From contig OZ244621.1 in assembly GCA_965218425.1 (NCBI GenBank), positions 2,048,001-2,112,000 of the forward strand: a DNA stretch of 64,000 bases, in the 5' to 3' direction. Below the pieces are notes generated by a model, which worked only from the letters and a program-made list of their open reading frames with translations, did not search any database and was not told where the DNA came from. Within the stretch, counting starts at the first letter, position 1. Each line of letters begins with the position of its first letter. Position numbers and translations under genes: made by a program. This document shows, one piece after another, positions 20,480 through 32,040 of the stretch. This stretch comes from an uncultured Candidatus Binatia bacterium (GTDB lineage Bacteria; Desulfobacterota; Binatia; UBA9968; CAXXLF01).

Positions 20480-20555
20480 GATCAAGTTTAGTCAACAGGA
20501 GATACAAATTCAGACTTATTGGGTCTTATATATACGATGCCGACTGTGATGTCAA
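20480..20555 (-). promoter_or_regulatory. isc promoter with IscR/Rrf2-type operator(s)
   Basis: Minus strand TTGACA(20555-50)-N17-TATATA(20532-27), then ATAAGAC-CCAATAA-GTCTGAAT (GAC-N7-GTC, the IscR type 1 spacing) and a weaker TTGACTAAACTTGATCA. Confidence 0.6.
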
Positions 20556-20592
20556 GGCCATTTCTCATAAATTGGGTATCAAATGGTACATT

Positions 20593-23142
20593 TTAAACTA
20601 TTGTTTTATTTTGCTTCTTGAGTATTTTGCTTAGAAATTTTCCAGTGTACGATTTTGCTGTAGACGATACTTCTTCAGGTGTTCCTTTCGCTATAATTTC
20701 GCCTCCAGATTCACCGCCAGCAGGTCCTAGGTCAATAATATAATCAGCCGACTTGGCTACGTCCAGGTTGTGCTCAATGGTGATTACCGTATTTCCCAAT
20801 TCGGTAAGCCGGGTGAGTACCTCCAGAAGCTTCTTAATGTCAGCAAAGTGGAGCCCGGTGGTGGGTTCGTCAAGGATGTATAACGTTTTTCCTGTGGATT
20901 TCTTGCTTAATTCTCGAGCTAACTTAATACGTTGCGCCTCTCCTCCGGATAGTGTCGTGGCAGATTGCCCGAGGTGAATATAGCCCAGGCCCACATCTCT
21001 CAACGTTTCTAGTTTAATCCTTATTATTGGAATATTTCCCAAAAATTCCAGGGCCTGATTCACCGTCAGGTCTAAAACCTCCGAGATGTTCATGCCCTTA
21101 TACAGCACATCCAATGTCTCCCGGTTGTATCGGCGCCCATTGCAAACTTCACAAGTCACAAAGACATCGGGCAGGAAGTGCATCTCAATTCTAATAATCC
21201 CGTCTCCAGCGCATGCCTCACATCGACCCCCCTTTACATTGAATGAGAACCTGCCGGGTTGATATCCCCTCATCCTTGCATCGGGCAGTTGGGCGAAGAG
21301 ATCACGTATATGACTGAAAAGACCTGTAAAGGTGGCGGGATTGGAACGTGGAGTCCGTCCAATGGGGCTTTGATTGATATTGATGACTCTATCGAAATGT
21401 TCCCATCCCCCGATATCGTCGAAGCTCAGCTCCTTTCTCTTGGAAGGGAGCATCCGGGGGGCCAATGCTTTGTACAATGTATCCACCACTAAACTGCTCT
21501 TTCCCGAACCGGACACTCCGGTAACACAGGTCATCGCGCCAACCGGGAATTCCACGGTAATCCCCTTAAGATTATTTTTTCTAGCCCCTTTGATGATCAG
21601 GGTCCTGCCATTGCCGCGACGACGATGGCCTGGGGTGGGGATCACCTTGCGGCCTGAAAGGTAATCACCCGTTAAGGATTGAGCGGATTCCATTATCTCA
21701 TGGGATGTCCCTTGCGCGACCACCTCCCCACCGTTCACACCAGCCCCCGGTCCCATGTCGATGACATGATCGGCCTGAAGTATCGTCTCCTCATCATGCT
21801 CCACCACCAACACTGTGTTGCCTAATTCTTTGAGATCTTTGAGGATGGCCAGCAGGCGGGTGTTGTCTCTAGGGTGAAGCCCGATGGTGGGCTCATCAAG
21901 GATATAGACCACACCAGCAAGTCCAGATCCGATTTGGGTAGCGAGTCGAATCCTCTGTGCCTCTCCTCCCGAGAGGGTGGAAGAGCCGCGATCGAGGCTT
22001 AAGTAATCCAAACCCACCTGGTCGATAAAGTGTAGTCGACTGCTTATCTCCTTCAATATCCTCTGGGCAATGGTCTCTTCCTGAGCGTTGAGTTTCAGAT
22101 CAGAAAAAAACTTGAGGGTCTCTTTGATGGGAAGAGAGCTCACCTCTGCAATGTTCCTATTGCTTATCTTTACATGGAGACTCTCCATTCTGAGCCGCGT
22201 CCCGTTGCACTTTTCACAGGGACTGGGATTCAACGGTAGCTGAGCCTCTTCGGCCAGGGTTTCAGGATTGATTTTGCTACCCAGCCCACCGCATGCCGGG
22301 CACGCGCCCTGAGGACTGTTGAACGAAAACATGCGCGGACTGATCTCCGGGTACGATACCCCGCACTGAACGCAGGCGAATTTCTGGCTGAAGAGCATGG
22401 TCCTTGCGCCGTCTTCCCTTGTGCCGGATTGGATCTCTATCTTGATCACTTCATTGCCGTGACGGGAGGCGACCTCGAGTGAATCCGCCAAACGCTTTTC
22501 CATACCAGACCGCAATACGAGACGGTCCACCATCAAATCGATACTGTGGGGGACTTCCTTTTTAAGCCTGATGTCCTGATCCAGTTCGTGAATTTTCCCG
22601 TCAACTTTGATACGCAGGAAGCCGGCTTTGGCCAGGTGCCTAATCTCTTGACGGTATTCGCCTTTTCGTTTCACGGCGATGGGCGCCAGGATATGAATGC
22701 GGGTTTGCGGCGCAAAGGAGAGAACGCGGTCCACTACCTGTTGAATGGTCTGGGCGGATATTTCGTTTCCGCAGGAATAGCAGATGGGTCTACCAATCCG
22801 AGCGAACAGGAGCCTCAAGTGATCGTAGATTTCCGTAACCGTGCCAACGGTTGAGCGTGGGTTACGGCTCGCGGTCTTTTGCTCAATGGAGATGGCGGGG
22901 GAGAGCCCCTCAATGGAGTCCACATCGGGTCTTCCCAGTTGCTCGAGGAATTGGCGAGCATAGGCCGACAGGGACTCCACATAACGTCTCTGTCCCTCTG
23001 CATATATCGTGTCAAAGGCGAGTGAAGACTTGCCGGATCCAGAAACGCCGGTGACGACTACGAGGCTGTCACGAGGGATCTCAAGGTCAATGTCCTTTAA
23101 GTTATGGACCCTTGCCCCCTTGATGACGATCTTACCTGGCAT
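20593..23142 (-). CDS. uvrA: Excinuclease ABC subunit A (short form, 849 aa)
   Basis: Two [11 protein letters not shown]alker A motifs, two [20 protein letters not shown], zinc-finger CxxC pairs. Confidence 0.96.
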   Translation of the reverse strand: MPGKIVIKGARVHNLKDIDLEIPRDSLVVVTGVSGSGKSSLAFDTIYAEGQRRYVESLSAYARQFLEQLGRPDVDSIEGLSPAISIEQKTASRNPRSTVGTVTEIYDHLRLLFARIGRPICYSCGNEISAQTIQQVVDRVLSFAPQTRIHILAPIAVKRKGEYRQEIRHLAKAGFLRIKVDGKIHELDQDIRLKKEVPHSIDLMVDRLVLRSGMEKRLADSLEVASRHGNEVIKIEIQSGTREDGARTMLFSQKFACVQCGVSYPEISPRMFSFNSPQGACPACGGLGSKINPETLAEEAQLPLNPSPCEKCNGTRLRMESLHVKISNRNIAEVSSLPIKETLKFFSDLKLNAQEETIAQRILKEISSRLHFIDQVGLDYLSLDRGSSTLSGGEAQRIRLATQIGSGLAGVVYILDEPTIGLHPRDNTRLLAILKDLKELGNTVLVVEHDEETILQADHVIDMGPGAGVNGGEVVAQGTSHEIMESAQSLTGDYLSGRKVIPTPGHRRRGNGRTLIIKGARKNNLKGITVEFPVGAMTCVTGVSGSGKSSLVVDTLYKALAPRMLPSKRKELSFDDIGGWEHFDRVININQSPIGRTPRSNPATFTGLFSHIRDLFAQLPDARMRGYQPGRFSFNVKGGRCEACAGDGIIRIEMHFLPDVFVTCEVCNGRRYNRETLDVLYKGMNISEVLDLTVNQALEFLGNIPIIRIKLETLRDVGLGYIHLGQSATTLSGGEAQRIKLARELSKKSTGKTLYILDEPTTGLHFADIKKLLEVLTRLTELGNTVITIEHNLDVAKSADYIIDLGPAGGESGGEIIAKGTPEEVSSTAKSYTGKFLSKILKKQNKTIV

Positions 23143-23269
23143 CTCTTACGTTAGCCGCAGATTAAAGCAGATTGGGGAACAGCATAGCGCAAAGAGCATG
23201 GCGTGCCTTGCTTCTTTGCGCGAGTCATCTTTGCTCAGGTTCCGGGATCCGAAATCCGACGGAAAATTT

Positions 23270-24634
23270 CTAATATTGTTGATCTTTCTGCAGCTCGTGC
23301 AATTTCCCTTCGATGATTTCACGGTACTGATCGAGCCGGGCTGCGCTCTTGGCTTCAAACCGCAGGACCAGTGCAGGTTGGGTGTTGGAAGCACGGATGA
23401 GACCCCAACCTTCGGGAAATTCGACTCGGACGCCGTCTACATCCACAACCTCATAGTGCTGGCGGAAATATTCCTTGGCCTTTTCCGTAAGACTAAATTT
23501 CAAGTCGTCCGGACAGTCAATCCGAATCTCTGGGGTGGACACGCTCTTCGGAAGATCGGCGAGTAGCGTCGACAAAGGGCGACCCGCTTGAGCTAAGATC
23601 TCAAGGAGGCGCAGGGAGGCGTATATGGCATCATCGTAACCAAAGTATCGGTCGGCAAAAAACATGTGGCCGCTCATTTCACCGGCCAAAAGCGCGTGGG
23701 TCTCCTTCATTTTGGCTTTGATCAGTGAATGGCCTGCCTTCCACATGATGGGCACTCCACCCCTCAGGGAAATGTCATCGAAGAGTCTTTGGGAGCACTT
23801 GACCTCGGAGATAATGACGGCCCCCGGATTTTTTTTGAGGATTTCTCGGGAGAAGAGGATCAAGATCTCATCCCCCCAGAGAATATTCCCGTTTTCGTCC
23901 ACGGCTCCGATACGGTCTCCATCGCCGTCATAGGCGATACCTAGATCCGCTTTTTCCTCTCTCACTTTTCCAATGAGGTCTTGGAGATTGTCTGGAATCG
24001 TAGGATCCGGATGATGAATGGGAAAAGTTCCATCCGGGATGCAGGCCACTTCCCAGACGGTGCAGCCTAATTGACGCGCTATGGGTGGCGCCACGGGTCC
24101 CGCCACTCCACTTCCGGCGTCCAGGACGACTCTTAGGGGGCGTTGCAAGGTGGGGATGTCGCGTAGAACATGCTCTTCGTAAACTGGAATAATGGCATAA
24201 CTCTCACTCTTTCCTCCCCCTCGCTCCCGGTAGTTTCCGGCCTCCATTTTTCTCCCCAGCTCTTGGATCTGGGAGCCGAAAAGGGTGTCTTTCCCAACAC
24301 AGACCTTGAATCCGTTGTACTCAGACGTGTTGTGGCTGGCGGTGATCTGGACGCCCCCGTCTAGATCGAGGTGAAAGAGTGAAAAATAAAGGAGAGGAGT
24401 TGGACAAATGCCGAGGTCATAGACATGAAGACCAGTAGAGCGGAGGCCTTCGATCACTGCGTTGGCGTAAACGTTGGATGTGGGGCGGTAGTCCCGTCCC
24501 ACGGCTACACGCTTGCCACCCTTTTCGCTGATGGTTGTTCCGTGTACCTTGCCGAGGAGCCGGGCAAATTCCTCATCAAAGTCCTTTTCCGCCAGACCTC
24601 GAATATCATACTCGCGGAAGATATATGGATTCAT
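23270..24634 (-). CDS. Phosphomannomutase/phosphoglucomutase
   Basis: [34 protein letters not shown]. Confidence 0.95.
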   Translation of the reverse strand: MNPYIFREYDIRGLAEKDFDEEFARLLGKVHGTTISEKGGKRVAVGRDYRPTSNVYANAVIEGLRSTGLHVYDLGICPTPLLYFSLFHLDLDGGVQITASHNTSEYNGFKVCVGKDTLFGSQIQELGRKMEAGNYRERGGGKSESYAIIPVYEEHVLRDIPTLQRPLRVVLDAGSGVAGPVAPPIARQLGCTVWEVACIPDGTFPIHHPDPTIPDNLQDLIGKVREEKADLGIAYDGDGDRIGAVDENGNILWGDEILILFSREILKKNPGAVIISEVKCSQRLFDDISLRGGVPIMWKAGHSLIKAKMKETHALLAGEMSGHMFFADRYFGYDDAIYASLRLLEILAQAGRPLSTLLADLPKSVSTPEIRIDCPDDLKFSLTEKAKEYFRQHYEVVDVDGVRVEFPEGWGLIRASNTQPALVLRFEAKSAARLDQYREIIEGKLHELQKDQQY

Positions 24635-25644
24635 TTCTTTGGTCCCCTTTTTCTACGCGCGAGTTTGGATGCCAGTAAAATGGCTTCTTTCATACTTGTT
24701 CCGTCAGCCTTGTTTTTTCCAGCAATACCGTAGGCTGTACCATGATCGGCCGAAGTCCTTATGATGGGAAGGCCCAGGGTAAGGTTAACGCCGTCGACAA
24801 AATGAAGCAACTTGAGTGGTCCTAAACCTTGGTCGTGATACATGCAAACCACCGAATCGTAGTCGCCCCGGGCTGCCTGATAGAATAAGCTGTCGGCCGC
24901 GAAGGGGCCATGGGCTCGTACCCCTTGCTGCCGAGCGTCTTTTACCGCGGGGTGGATCACTTTTTTTTCCTCCAAGCCAAAAATTCCCTCCTCACCGGCA
25001 TGGGGGTTTAAGCCGGCAACGGCAAGGCGAGGACGGGGGATCCCAAAGTATTCACGCAGCGCCTTGTGGGTGAGCACCAACGTCGACCGCACCTTGCTTC
25101 GAGTGACCGCCTCGCTGACCTGGGTCAAAGGAAGGTGGACGGTAACGAGAACCACCTTCAAATTCCTCCCCAACAGCATCATCCGGCATTCTTTTGTCCG
25201 GGTCATCTCCGCGAGCATTTCTGTATGTCCCGGATAGCGGTGTCCTGCCAGGTGGAGGACTCTCTTACTGATGGGTGCCGTCGCCAATGCATCGGCGGTT
25301 CTACCAAGGACGAGCTCCACGGCAGTGCCAATATAGCGGTAGGCCGCCTCACCGCAAGGCCTAGACGGGTAGCCGGGTCTATAGTCTTTGCGAGAGAGTT
25401 TGGTGAGAGATAGAACGGGTACCATGCCTTGATGCCTCGGCAGAGAATGCCCAATCTGCCAGGGAACTAACTTAAAGGGTTGTTTTGTCTCCCGCCTTTG
25501 GGTGAATTGAAGAACTCCAAGGTCCCCAATAATTAGCGGATGGCATGCATTTCTAACCTCCGGGCGTTTGAGGGCCTTGAGGACCACTTCTGGTCCTACG
25601 CCTGCAGGATCACCTATGGTGATAGCCACAATGGGTTTGGCCAT
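24631..25644 (-). CDS. pdxA: 4-hydroxythreonine-4-phosphate dehydrogenase
   Basis: GDPAGVGPE, GHTE, LNPHAGE, MYHDQG, RTSADHGTA. Confidence 0.96.
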   Translation of the reverse strand: MAKPIVAITIGDPAGVGPEVVLKALKRPEVRNACHPLIIGDLGVLQFTQRRETKQPFKLVPWQIGHSLPRHQGMVPVLSLTKLSRKDYRPGYPSRPCGEAAYRYIGTAVELVLGRTADALATAPISKRVLHLAGHRYPGHTEMLAEMTRTKECRMMLLGRNLKVVLVTVHLPLTQVSEAVTRSKVRSTLVLTHKALREYFGIPRPRLAVAGLNPHAGEEGIFGLEEKKVIHPAVKDARQQGVRAHGPFAADSLFYQAARGDYDSVVCMYHDQGLGPLKLLHFVDGVNLTLGLPIIRTSADHGTAYGIAGKNKADGTSMKEAILLASKLARRKRGPKK

Positions 25645-25895
25645 CTTAACTTTCTTCTCTTACCCCGTGCCGCAAAATGCAGGTTATGTACCGTCCATCG
25701 ACCCGGGGCTCCCATCCACCTGAGACCCAGACGAAGGGTCGGCGGGCTGGGATGAGTTTCCTAATCTTATCCAGTTGGCCCTGGAGAGTTACCCGGGGTA
25801 TTAGACCGGTTTAGAAAGGGTTCGCCCGTCCAATGCTTTGGAAATGAAACCCTGGATTTTTCGGAATCGTTTAGCTCCTGGCAAGCCTCAGAGTC

Positions 25896-27188
25896 TCAAG
25901 GCGCCTTTGGCTGAGCCGTCCCTTCAGCCGGTGTGCTGGGCTCTGATAAGATGATAAAGTCATCGTCTGACCCGGTAGCCGACTCGGTTTGAAAAATCGG
26001 CTTACCTAATATACTGACGGTTCTCTCATCAGAGGTGAACTCCCCGTCCTCATCCTCCACCGGCGTGGATTTGAAGATGTAGGAAAAAGGGTTGAGTTTG
26101 CTCAATAAACTCCGTTCTTTAGGTTCCCTATTAGCCGCGGAGGCCATAAGGGCGTCCACCGTGCCCTGCTTCGTCTCCTCCGCACGAAAAACCACTCCAG
26201 GCACCTTTACGTCCACCTGATGATTTCTCCTTAGATCCGATTTGAGCCACTTCAAGAACTGTTCCTCTGAAACTTTGGCGTTGAGATCGGCCTTTATTTT
26301 TTCTTCAACTGAAGAAAGGGGCATTACGGTTCCGCGATTGCGGTCTTGCACCTCGAAGAGGTGAACCCCGAGACTCGTGCGGATGGGCTGACTGATATCC
26401 CCAACAGACATTTTGAAGGCCGCATTAGCCAGTTCACTGATTAGGCTGGCACGGTCCACCCAGCCAATTTCTCCCCCCTCGGAAGCCCCGGCGCCCTGAG
26501 AGTGTTTACGCGCTAGTTGAGCAAAGGATTCTCCGGCAAGGGCGAGTTTACGAACCTCCAGAGCCCTTGAGACCACTGCCTTTTCTTTCTCGGGGGTTGG
26601 AGGATCTGGAATTTGAAAAAGGATATGCCGCAGGCGGATTTTGTCCTTAGTGCGAAACTTGTTCTTGTTTGCTTGGTAGTATCGATTGACGTCTTCGGGG
26701 GTGATGGTTATTTTCTCTTTGACCTGCCTTCTGACCAATTTTTCTCTTTCCATCTGGGAACGTATGGATTCCCGGTATCGCTTCATATCCATGCCATCCC
26801 GGCGCAAGACCGCGACCAATTGGGCCTCTGTCAAGCCGTTTTTTTCCACAATCATTGCGATGAATCCGTTGATCTGTGCATCGTCCACGATTATCCCCAG
26901 TCGCTTGGCTTCAGCCGAAATGAGTTTATCCGTGATAAACTGTTCCAATATCGCCAATGATTTTGAGTCTTGGCTCATCTTGGAGAGCTCATGGGTGGGC
27001 ATTTTCGCGCCCGTCTTGGTCTTCGCGTATTGATCAAGGTCGGAAAGGGTATGTGGATCGCCGTCAACCACCACCACCACTTGTTCAACCAGCATCGCCA
27101 GGAGAGGAGTGTGGATTGGCAAAAGGAGGATCCACAGCGCCATGGAAGCGTGAATGACAGCAAGTCTAAATCGTAATTGACTGGTCAA
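25896..27188 (-). CDS. surA: SurA-like periplasmic peptidyl-prolyl isomerase
   Basis: Signal peptide, SurA N-domain, parvulin domain (LRHILF, FAQLARKHS, GGEIGW); lies between mfd and pdxA. Confidence 0.8.
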   Translation of the reverse strand: MTSQLRFRLAVIHASMALWILLLPIHTPLLAMLVEQVVVVVDGDPHTLSDLDQYAKTKTGAKMPTHELSKMSQDSKSLAILEQFITDKLISAEAKRLGIIVDDAQINGFIAMIVEKNGLTEAQLVAVLRRDGMDMKRYRESIRSQMEREKLVRRQVKEKITITPEDVNRYYQANKNKFRTKDKIRLRHILFQIPDPPTPEKEKAVVSRALEVRKLALAGESFAQLARKHSQGAGASEGGEIGWVDRASLISELANAAFKMSVGDISQPIRTSLGVHLFEVQDRNRGTVMPLSSVEEKIKADLNAKVSEEQFLKWLKSDLRRNHQVDVKVPGVVFRAEETKQGTVDALMASAANREPKERSLLSKLNPFSYIFKSTPVEDEDGEFTSDERTVSILGKPIFQTESATGSDDDFIILSEPSTPAEGTAQPKAP

Positions 27189-27218
27189 CCCTAGGCCCTC
27201 CTTTCCCTAATTAAATAG

Positions 27219-30200
27219 CTAACATACCTGATGGAGCTCTTGCAACATGGCCATCACCTCTTGAATGATGTTGCCCCAACCCTTGCCAGCAGGGGCGAAG
27301 GAGAAACGCCCGTCGGGAGAGAGCCGGTAGCGACCACCATCGTTGTTGATGAGTTTGAGCAGGCTGTTCACCTCCACGGGAGATTCGGCGTGAAAGAGTA
27401 GTGAGACCCTACCTTGTTGATAGCTAATCCGCTCCACCAGACACTCCTTCAGGGCTCGTCGGAGATCCATGACTTTAAAAAGGTTTTGTACCACCGGGGG
27501 GAAAGGTCCATAACGGTCCTGGAGTTCTTCTTGGATGGTCACCAACTCCTGGCTGCTTCCCAAGCCGGCTAACCGTTTATAGAAAAACAGTCTCTGATTT
27601 GTGTTGGGGATGTAATTAGCCGGGAGATAGGCTGGAATTCCCATTCGGATCTCCGGTTCCAGCCTGGGCACGACACCTTCCCCTTTGAGCCCCTTGACAG
27701 CTTCTTCCATCATCTGGGTGTATAGCTCTAAACCGACCGCGGCAATGTGGCCGGATTGCTCCTGTCCCAGGAGGTTTCCGGCCCCCCGGATCTCGAGATC
27801 GTGAAGGGCCAGCTTAAAACCTCCTCCCAGCTCGTCGATTTCTTGGAGTGCCATCAGTCTTTTCTGGGCATCGCGGGTGATGGTTCGTTCTCCCGGAATG
27901 AGGAGATAGGCGTAGGCTCGTTGGACCGATCGCCCCACGCGACCACGGAGTTGATAGAGCTGCGCCAACCCAAATCGATCTGCTCGGTTAATAAAAATGG
28001 TGTTGGCATTGGGGAAATCCATTCCCGATTCTATAATGGCAGAACAGACTAACATCTGAGTTTGGTTCTCATAGAAATCCACCATGGCCTTTTTGAGCTC
28101 TTTGGCCGGCATCTGGCCATGGGCCATCCCGATTTTAACCTCCGGAATCAGATCCATGAGTTTCTGGGCCATGCGATAGATGGTCTCCACCCGGTTGTGG
28201 AGGAAGAAGACTTGACCCCCCCGGTTGATCTCCCGGAGCACCGCGTCCCGGATGACGCCCTCATCGTACCTTGTGATGTAAGTACGAATGGCGAGTCTCC
28301 CGGCAGGTGGGCTCTCGATGATACTCAGGTCGCGGATGCCGATGAGGGACATATGAAGCGTACGTGGGATGGGCGTAGCCGTGAGGCTCATCACATCCAC
28401 CAATTGCCGCATCTTTTTCAGCCTCTCCTTGTGGATGACTCCGAATCGGTGCTCTTCGTCCACCACCATAAGCCCCAGGTCCTTAAATTGAACGCTTTTT
28501 TGGAGCAGGCGATGAGTGCCGATCGCAATGTCTACGAGCCCTTTGGTTAAGCCCTGAAGCACCTGCTGACTCTCCTTGGAGCTCACAAACCGGTTGAGGA
28601 TCTCGATCCTAACCGGATATCCGTTGAAGCGTTGGCGGAAGGTTTGCAGGTGTTGTTCTGCGAGAATGGTGGTAGGGGCCAAGACACCCACCTGTTTGCC
28701 GTTCATCACTGCAAGGAAGGCGGCCCTGAGGGCTACCTCGGTCTTTCCATACCCCACATCTCCGCATATCAGCCGATCCATGGGTTTCTTTTTCTGCAAA
28801 TCGGTGAGGGTTTCCTCGATGGCTCGTTCCTGGTCCGGGGTCTCCTCGAATTCAAATGAGGCCTCGAACTCACGGTAGAGTTGATCGGGTGCTAGATAGG
28901 AATTCCCCTCATGGACCTCCCGCACCGCATAGACGGCCATGAGATCTTTGGCCATGGCTAGAATCGACTTCTGAGTCTTTACCTTAACCTTTTCCCAAGA
29001 GCTTCCGCCGAGACGGTCCATGGAAGGGGGGGGGGCGTCACCGCTGATGTATTTCTGAACCAGGTTAATCTGATGTATGGGCAAATAAAGACGATCTCCT
29101 CCCTGATACTCCAGGTGGAGGAATTCGCCTTCAACTCCCGCTACCTTGAGAAATCTGAGTCCGCGATAGATTCCCACCCCGTGATCTATATGGACCACGG
29201 CATTGTCCTGCTTGAGTTCGCTCAGACTAGTAATAAAATGACTCGGGTGTGTCTTTTTCTTGAGCCGGTGAGATCTCTTTTTGGTGCCGAGGACTTCATC
29301 TACGGTGATCAGGATGAGCCCGTCCTCGGGCAATCGAAATCCCCGCGTTAGGTTTCCCACGACAAGCGCACGACAGGGCCCTTCACGGGCGAGCAAGGAA
29401 GGGAGCGGAGTATCAACCAATGGCACCTCCACCTCATAGTGTGCCAATAGACTCTGGATTCTGGTTGCCTCGCCCTCGGTAGGGGCCACGAAAACGACTC
29501 TTTCCTGCTGCCAATTCTTAAGATGGTTGATTAAAGGGACCAGTGAGGTTTCTCTGCTCGGGTGTGCCGAGATTTCCTGATGGAGGTCTGTATTGAGATG
29601 AGATTTTAGGGTCAGCACAGGCGCGCTGGATTGCCCTCGGGGCCGAAGGATATCGAGTGGCTCGCAGTAAATCCGGGCAAAGGCGGTGAGACTCTCCCGC
29701 CACTCCTCCTTGTTCATGTACAGTCTTTCTGTTGGGGGAGTGAGGCGACCTTCTTCCTTGGCCTTGGCGCCACGTTGCCAAATCAGCTTTTCGTACCGCT
29801 CCACCTCCTCCTCCAGTTGGGATTCTTGGTCGAGCCAGAGCAGGGACTCGGGGGGCAGGTGGGAAAATAGGGGGACCAGATGCTGGTAAAAATAGGGCGC
29901 GAGAAGCTCCATGCCCATAAAGGGGGCGCCACTCCTCAAAGATTCCACAAGGGAGTTCTTCTGTTTGCTTACCAAGTCCAATTCCTCAGCCCGTTCCTCG
30001 ATATCCCTGAGGATTCCTTGAATTTGTTTGGATCGAAGAGAAAACTCCTTCATGGGCAATAGTATGAGCTCCTGATGCTGCAATACGGACCTCTGGGTGG
30101 AGGGATCAAATTCCCGAATGGATTCTAGGTTGTCCGCAGAAAATTCCAGTCGCACGGGTCGAGGGTAGGCTGGTGGAAAGATATCGACGATTCCTCCACG

Positions 30201-30734
30201 GACGCTAAGGTCTCCGCGTTCTTCCACCAGGGGAACACTCTGGAAACCCCAGCCAATCAGATGCTCCAGCAGGTGCTCCCGTGAGATTTCCTCTCCAACC
30301 ACGAGGTAGCGGTAGGAGTTTTTAAAATCGTCCTTGGGGATAACCCTTTGCAGAAGTGCCGCAGGGGTGGAGACGAGAATGGGGGCGCGTCCTTCGATCA
30401 GGTGGTAGAGTCCTTCAAGTCGAGCCGCCACCAGTTCCAGGTGGGGTGAAAGGGCTTCAAAGGGTAGGACATCCCAGGATGGAAATAGATGGAGCCGCTT
30501 TTCCATAGGGGAGAGCCCTTCCTCTTCACCGAGAAAGAAGGCCAGGTCTTGGTATAGAACCTCGGCTTCCCTGGTGGTGGCGGCGATCAAAAGAATCGGA
30601 CGTTTTGTCTTTTCGGCAAGAAACGATAGGAGGTAGGCCCTGCCGCCACCCTTGAGGCCGTGGATCCTTTTTTCTCCGGTCCACTCTCCACCCATGAAGG
30701 TGTCGAGCTTTTCCTGCAATGGTGAATGGGTCAT
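27219..30734 (-). CDS. mfd: Transcription-repair coupling factor
   Basis: RGGIVDIFP, HIDHGVG, CGDVGYGKTEVA, DEEHRFG, TATPIPRTL, DLEIRGAGNLLG; ATG 30734 overlaps the upstream stop (ATGA). Confidence 0.96.
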   Translation of the reverse strand: MTHSPLQEKLDTFMGGEWTGEKRIHGLKGGGRAYLLSFLAEKTKRPILLIAATTREAEVLYQDLAFFLGEEEGLSPMEKRLHLFPSWDVLPFEALSPHLELVAARLEGLYHLIEGRAPILVSTPAALLQRVIPKDDFKNSYRYLVVGEEISREHLLEHLIGWGFQSVPLVEERGDLSVRGGIVDIFPPAYPRPVRLEFSADNLESIREFDPSTQRSVLQHQELILLPMKEFSLRSKQIQGILRDIEERAEELDLVSKQKNSLVESLRSGAPFMGMELLAPYFYQHLVPLFSHLPPESLLWLDQESQLEEEVERYEKLIWQRGAKAKEEGRLTPPTERLYMNKEEWRESLTAFARIYCEPLDILRPRGQSSAPVLTLKSHLNTDLHQEISAHPSRETSLVPLINHLKNWQQERVVFVAPTEGEATRIQSLLAHYEVEVPLVDTPLPSLLAREGPCRALVVGNLTRGFRLPEDGLILITVDEVLGTKKRSHRLKKKTHPSHFITSLSELKQDNAVVHIDHGVGIYRGLRFLKVAGVEGEFLHLEYQGGDRLYLPIHQINLVQKYISGDAPPPSMDRLGGSSWEKVKVKTQKSILAMAKDLMAVYAVREVHEGNSYLAPDQLYREFEASFEFEETPDQERAIEETLTDLQKKKPMDRLICGDVGYGKTEVALRAAFLAVMNGKQVGVLAPTTILAEQHLQTFRQRFNGYPVRIEILNRFVSSKESQQVLQGLTKGLVDIAIGTHRLLQKSVQFKDLGLMVVDEEHRFGVIHKERLKKMRQLVDVMSLTATPIPRTLHMSLIGIRDLSIIESPPAGRLAIRTYITRYDEGVIRDAVLREINRGGQVFFLHNRVETIYRMAQKLMDLIPEVKIGMAHGQMPAKELKKAMVDFYENQTQMLVCSAIIESGMDFPNANTIFINRADRFGLAQLYQLRGRVGRSVQRAYAYLLIPGERTITRDAQKRLMALQEIDELGGGFKLALHDLEIRGAGNLLGQEQSGHIAAVGLELYTQMMEEAVKGLKGEGVVPRLEPEIRMGIPAYLPANYIPNTNQRLFFYKRLAGLGSSQELVTIQEELQDRYGPFPPVVQNLFKVMDLRRALKECLVERISYQQGRVSLLFHAESPVEVNSLLKLINNDGGRYRLSPDGRFSFAPAGKGWGNIIQEVMAMLQELHQVC

Positions 30735-31102
30735 TGAGTAAGGAACCAGCACAACCGGATCTTGGGTGTCCGAGCCCGCGGGACGGCGGAGTTGGTCTCG
30801 CCGGCCTCCATCCGATTTGTCCATTTTTCCATGGAACGAATCAAGGATTTGACCCTGATCCCCAGGTAGGCGGGCTTATAGTTCTCGAGCCTAATGATGG
30901 CCAGGCGGACCATACGAACCGGGCCGGTGATCTCCCCAAATTCGTGGAAAATCCTGCAAGCCGCCGCTAGCTGCACCAACCCCTCCAGGAAAGGCTTGTG
31001 CTCCTCATCGGTGTGAAGGTAAAGATCCTCCAGGGATTCGTGGCATTCGAAAAAGCGACCGGCGTTAAACAAACCAATGCCTTCTTTCAGTCGAGCGTCC
31101 AT
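30731..31102 (-). CDS. DUF309 family protein
   Basis: GIGLFNAGRFFECHESLEDL...GLVQLAA signature. Confidence 0.85.
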   Translation of the reverse strand: MDARLKEGIGLFNAGRFFECHESLEDLYLHTDEEHKPFLEGLVQLAAACRIFHEFGEITGPVRMVRLAIIRLENYKPAYLGIRVKSLIRSMEKWTNRMEAGETNSAVPRARTPKIRLCWFLTQ

Positions 31103-31326
31103 TTTTCGTAACCTGGGTGACCCAAAATAAATCTAGCAACTCTCACCCCATGGCTCAAGGGTGAAGTTTGAGCTGTATGGGCAAACAGGGTCACTGTATT
31201 ACGCTTGATATCGGCTCGGGCTTCAACTAATATCCGGTACTTCTATTCAGGGGACAATATGCCGGAAGATCCGGATTCCAACCCTACAGGGAAGGACCCA
31301 GAGTTAAATCCAAGAGGAACAAAACC

Positions 31327-32040
31327 ATGTCATATCCGAAGGTGAAAGATAGAATAGAATCGTCACTGGATCACTACTGGGGAGGTATCAAAGAGCTGGT
31401 TGAGAATTATTTTTCCCACCCGAGATCCATGGAACAGGACGTTTACTGGTTGAGGGTCACCCTGTACAAAGAAATTAAATCCGTTCCTAAAATTTTACCG
31501 GTTCTCCAAGACCAGTATTCCAAGCTGGACCAAGAAGTAGACAGACACCTCTACGAAGGAATCGCCTACGAGTTGGCCGATGAGATTAAACATTACCGTT
31601 TGTTGGCGGACACTCTCGAATGGTTGACGGGTGAAAAGGTGGTTGCCAATCAATGTTCCCCGTCCCCCCAGCAGACTAAGCTGGAGGAGTTGCGCAAAAA
31701 CCTTGCGGAAGACCTTCGAATGGCTCCTCACCTCAATGTGGCCCATGAGACTGTGTTTGCATCGGTGATGAAAAACATATCCGGGGGAGAGCTGGAAAAA
31801 AGAATCGCTGATTCCTACCGACAGGTATTTTCCGATGAGGTAAATCACTACGAGCTGGGTTGGAAAGAACTACAGGCGGGTCATCTTGACGGTGAAAAAT
31901 TGGAACGGATCATCGCGGCGAATAAAAAAGTGGCCAGGCAGTATTTGGTGATGCGCAATGAGCTATTCGGAAACGTCCTGTCTGAAGAGAGACTCAAGGA
32001 GATAGACCGGGATGGCATCGAGTCCTATAGGCCTCGTTAA
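31327..32040 (+). CDS. Ferritin-like (di-iron four-helix) protein, function unknown
   Basis: Two DExxH motifs (DEIKH, DEVNH) in a helical protein; GAGG RBS. Confidence 0.65.
   Translation: MSYPKVKDRIESSLDHYWGGIKELVENYFSHPRSMEQDVYWLRVTLYKEIKSVPKILPVLQDQYSKLDQEVDRHLYEGIAYELADEIKHYRLLADTLEWLTGEKVVANQCSPSPQQTKLEELRKNLAEDLRMAPHLNVAHETVFASVMKNISGGELEKRIADSYRQVFSDEVNHYELGWKELQAGHLDGEKLERIIAANKKVARQYLVMRNELFGNVLSEERLKEIDRDGIESYRPR

Noticed and set aside
23146..23394. 82-aa ORF between pmm and uvrA
   Set aside because: Largely an alternative frame of pmm; no RBS or recognisable motif.
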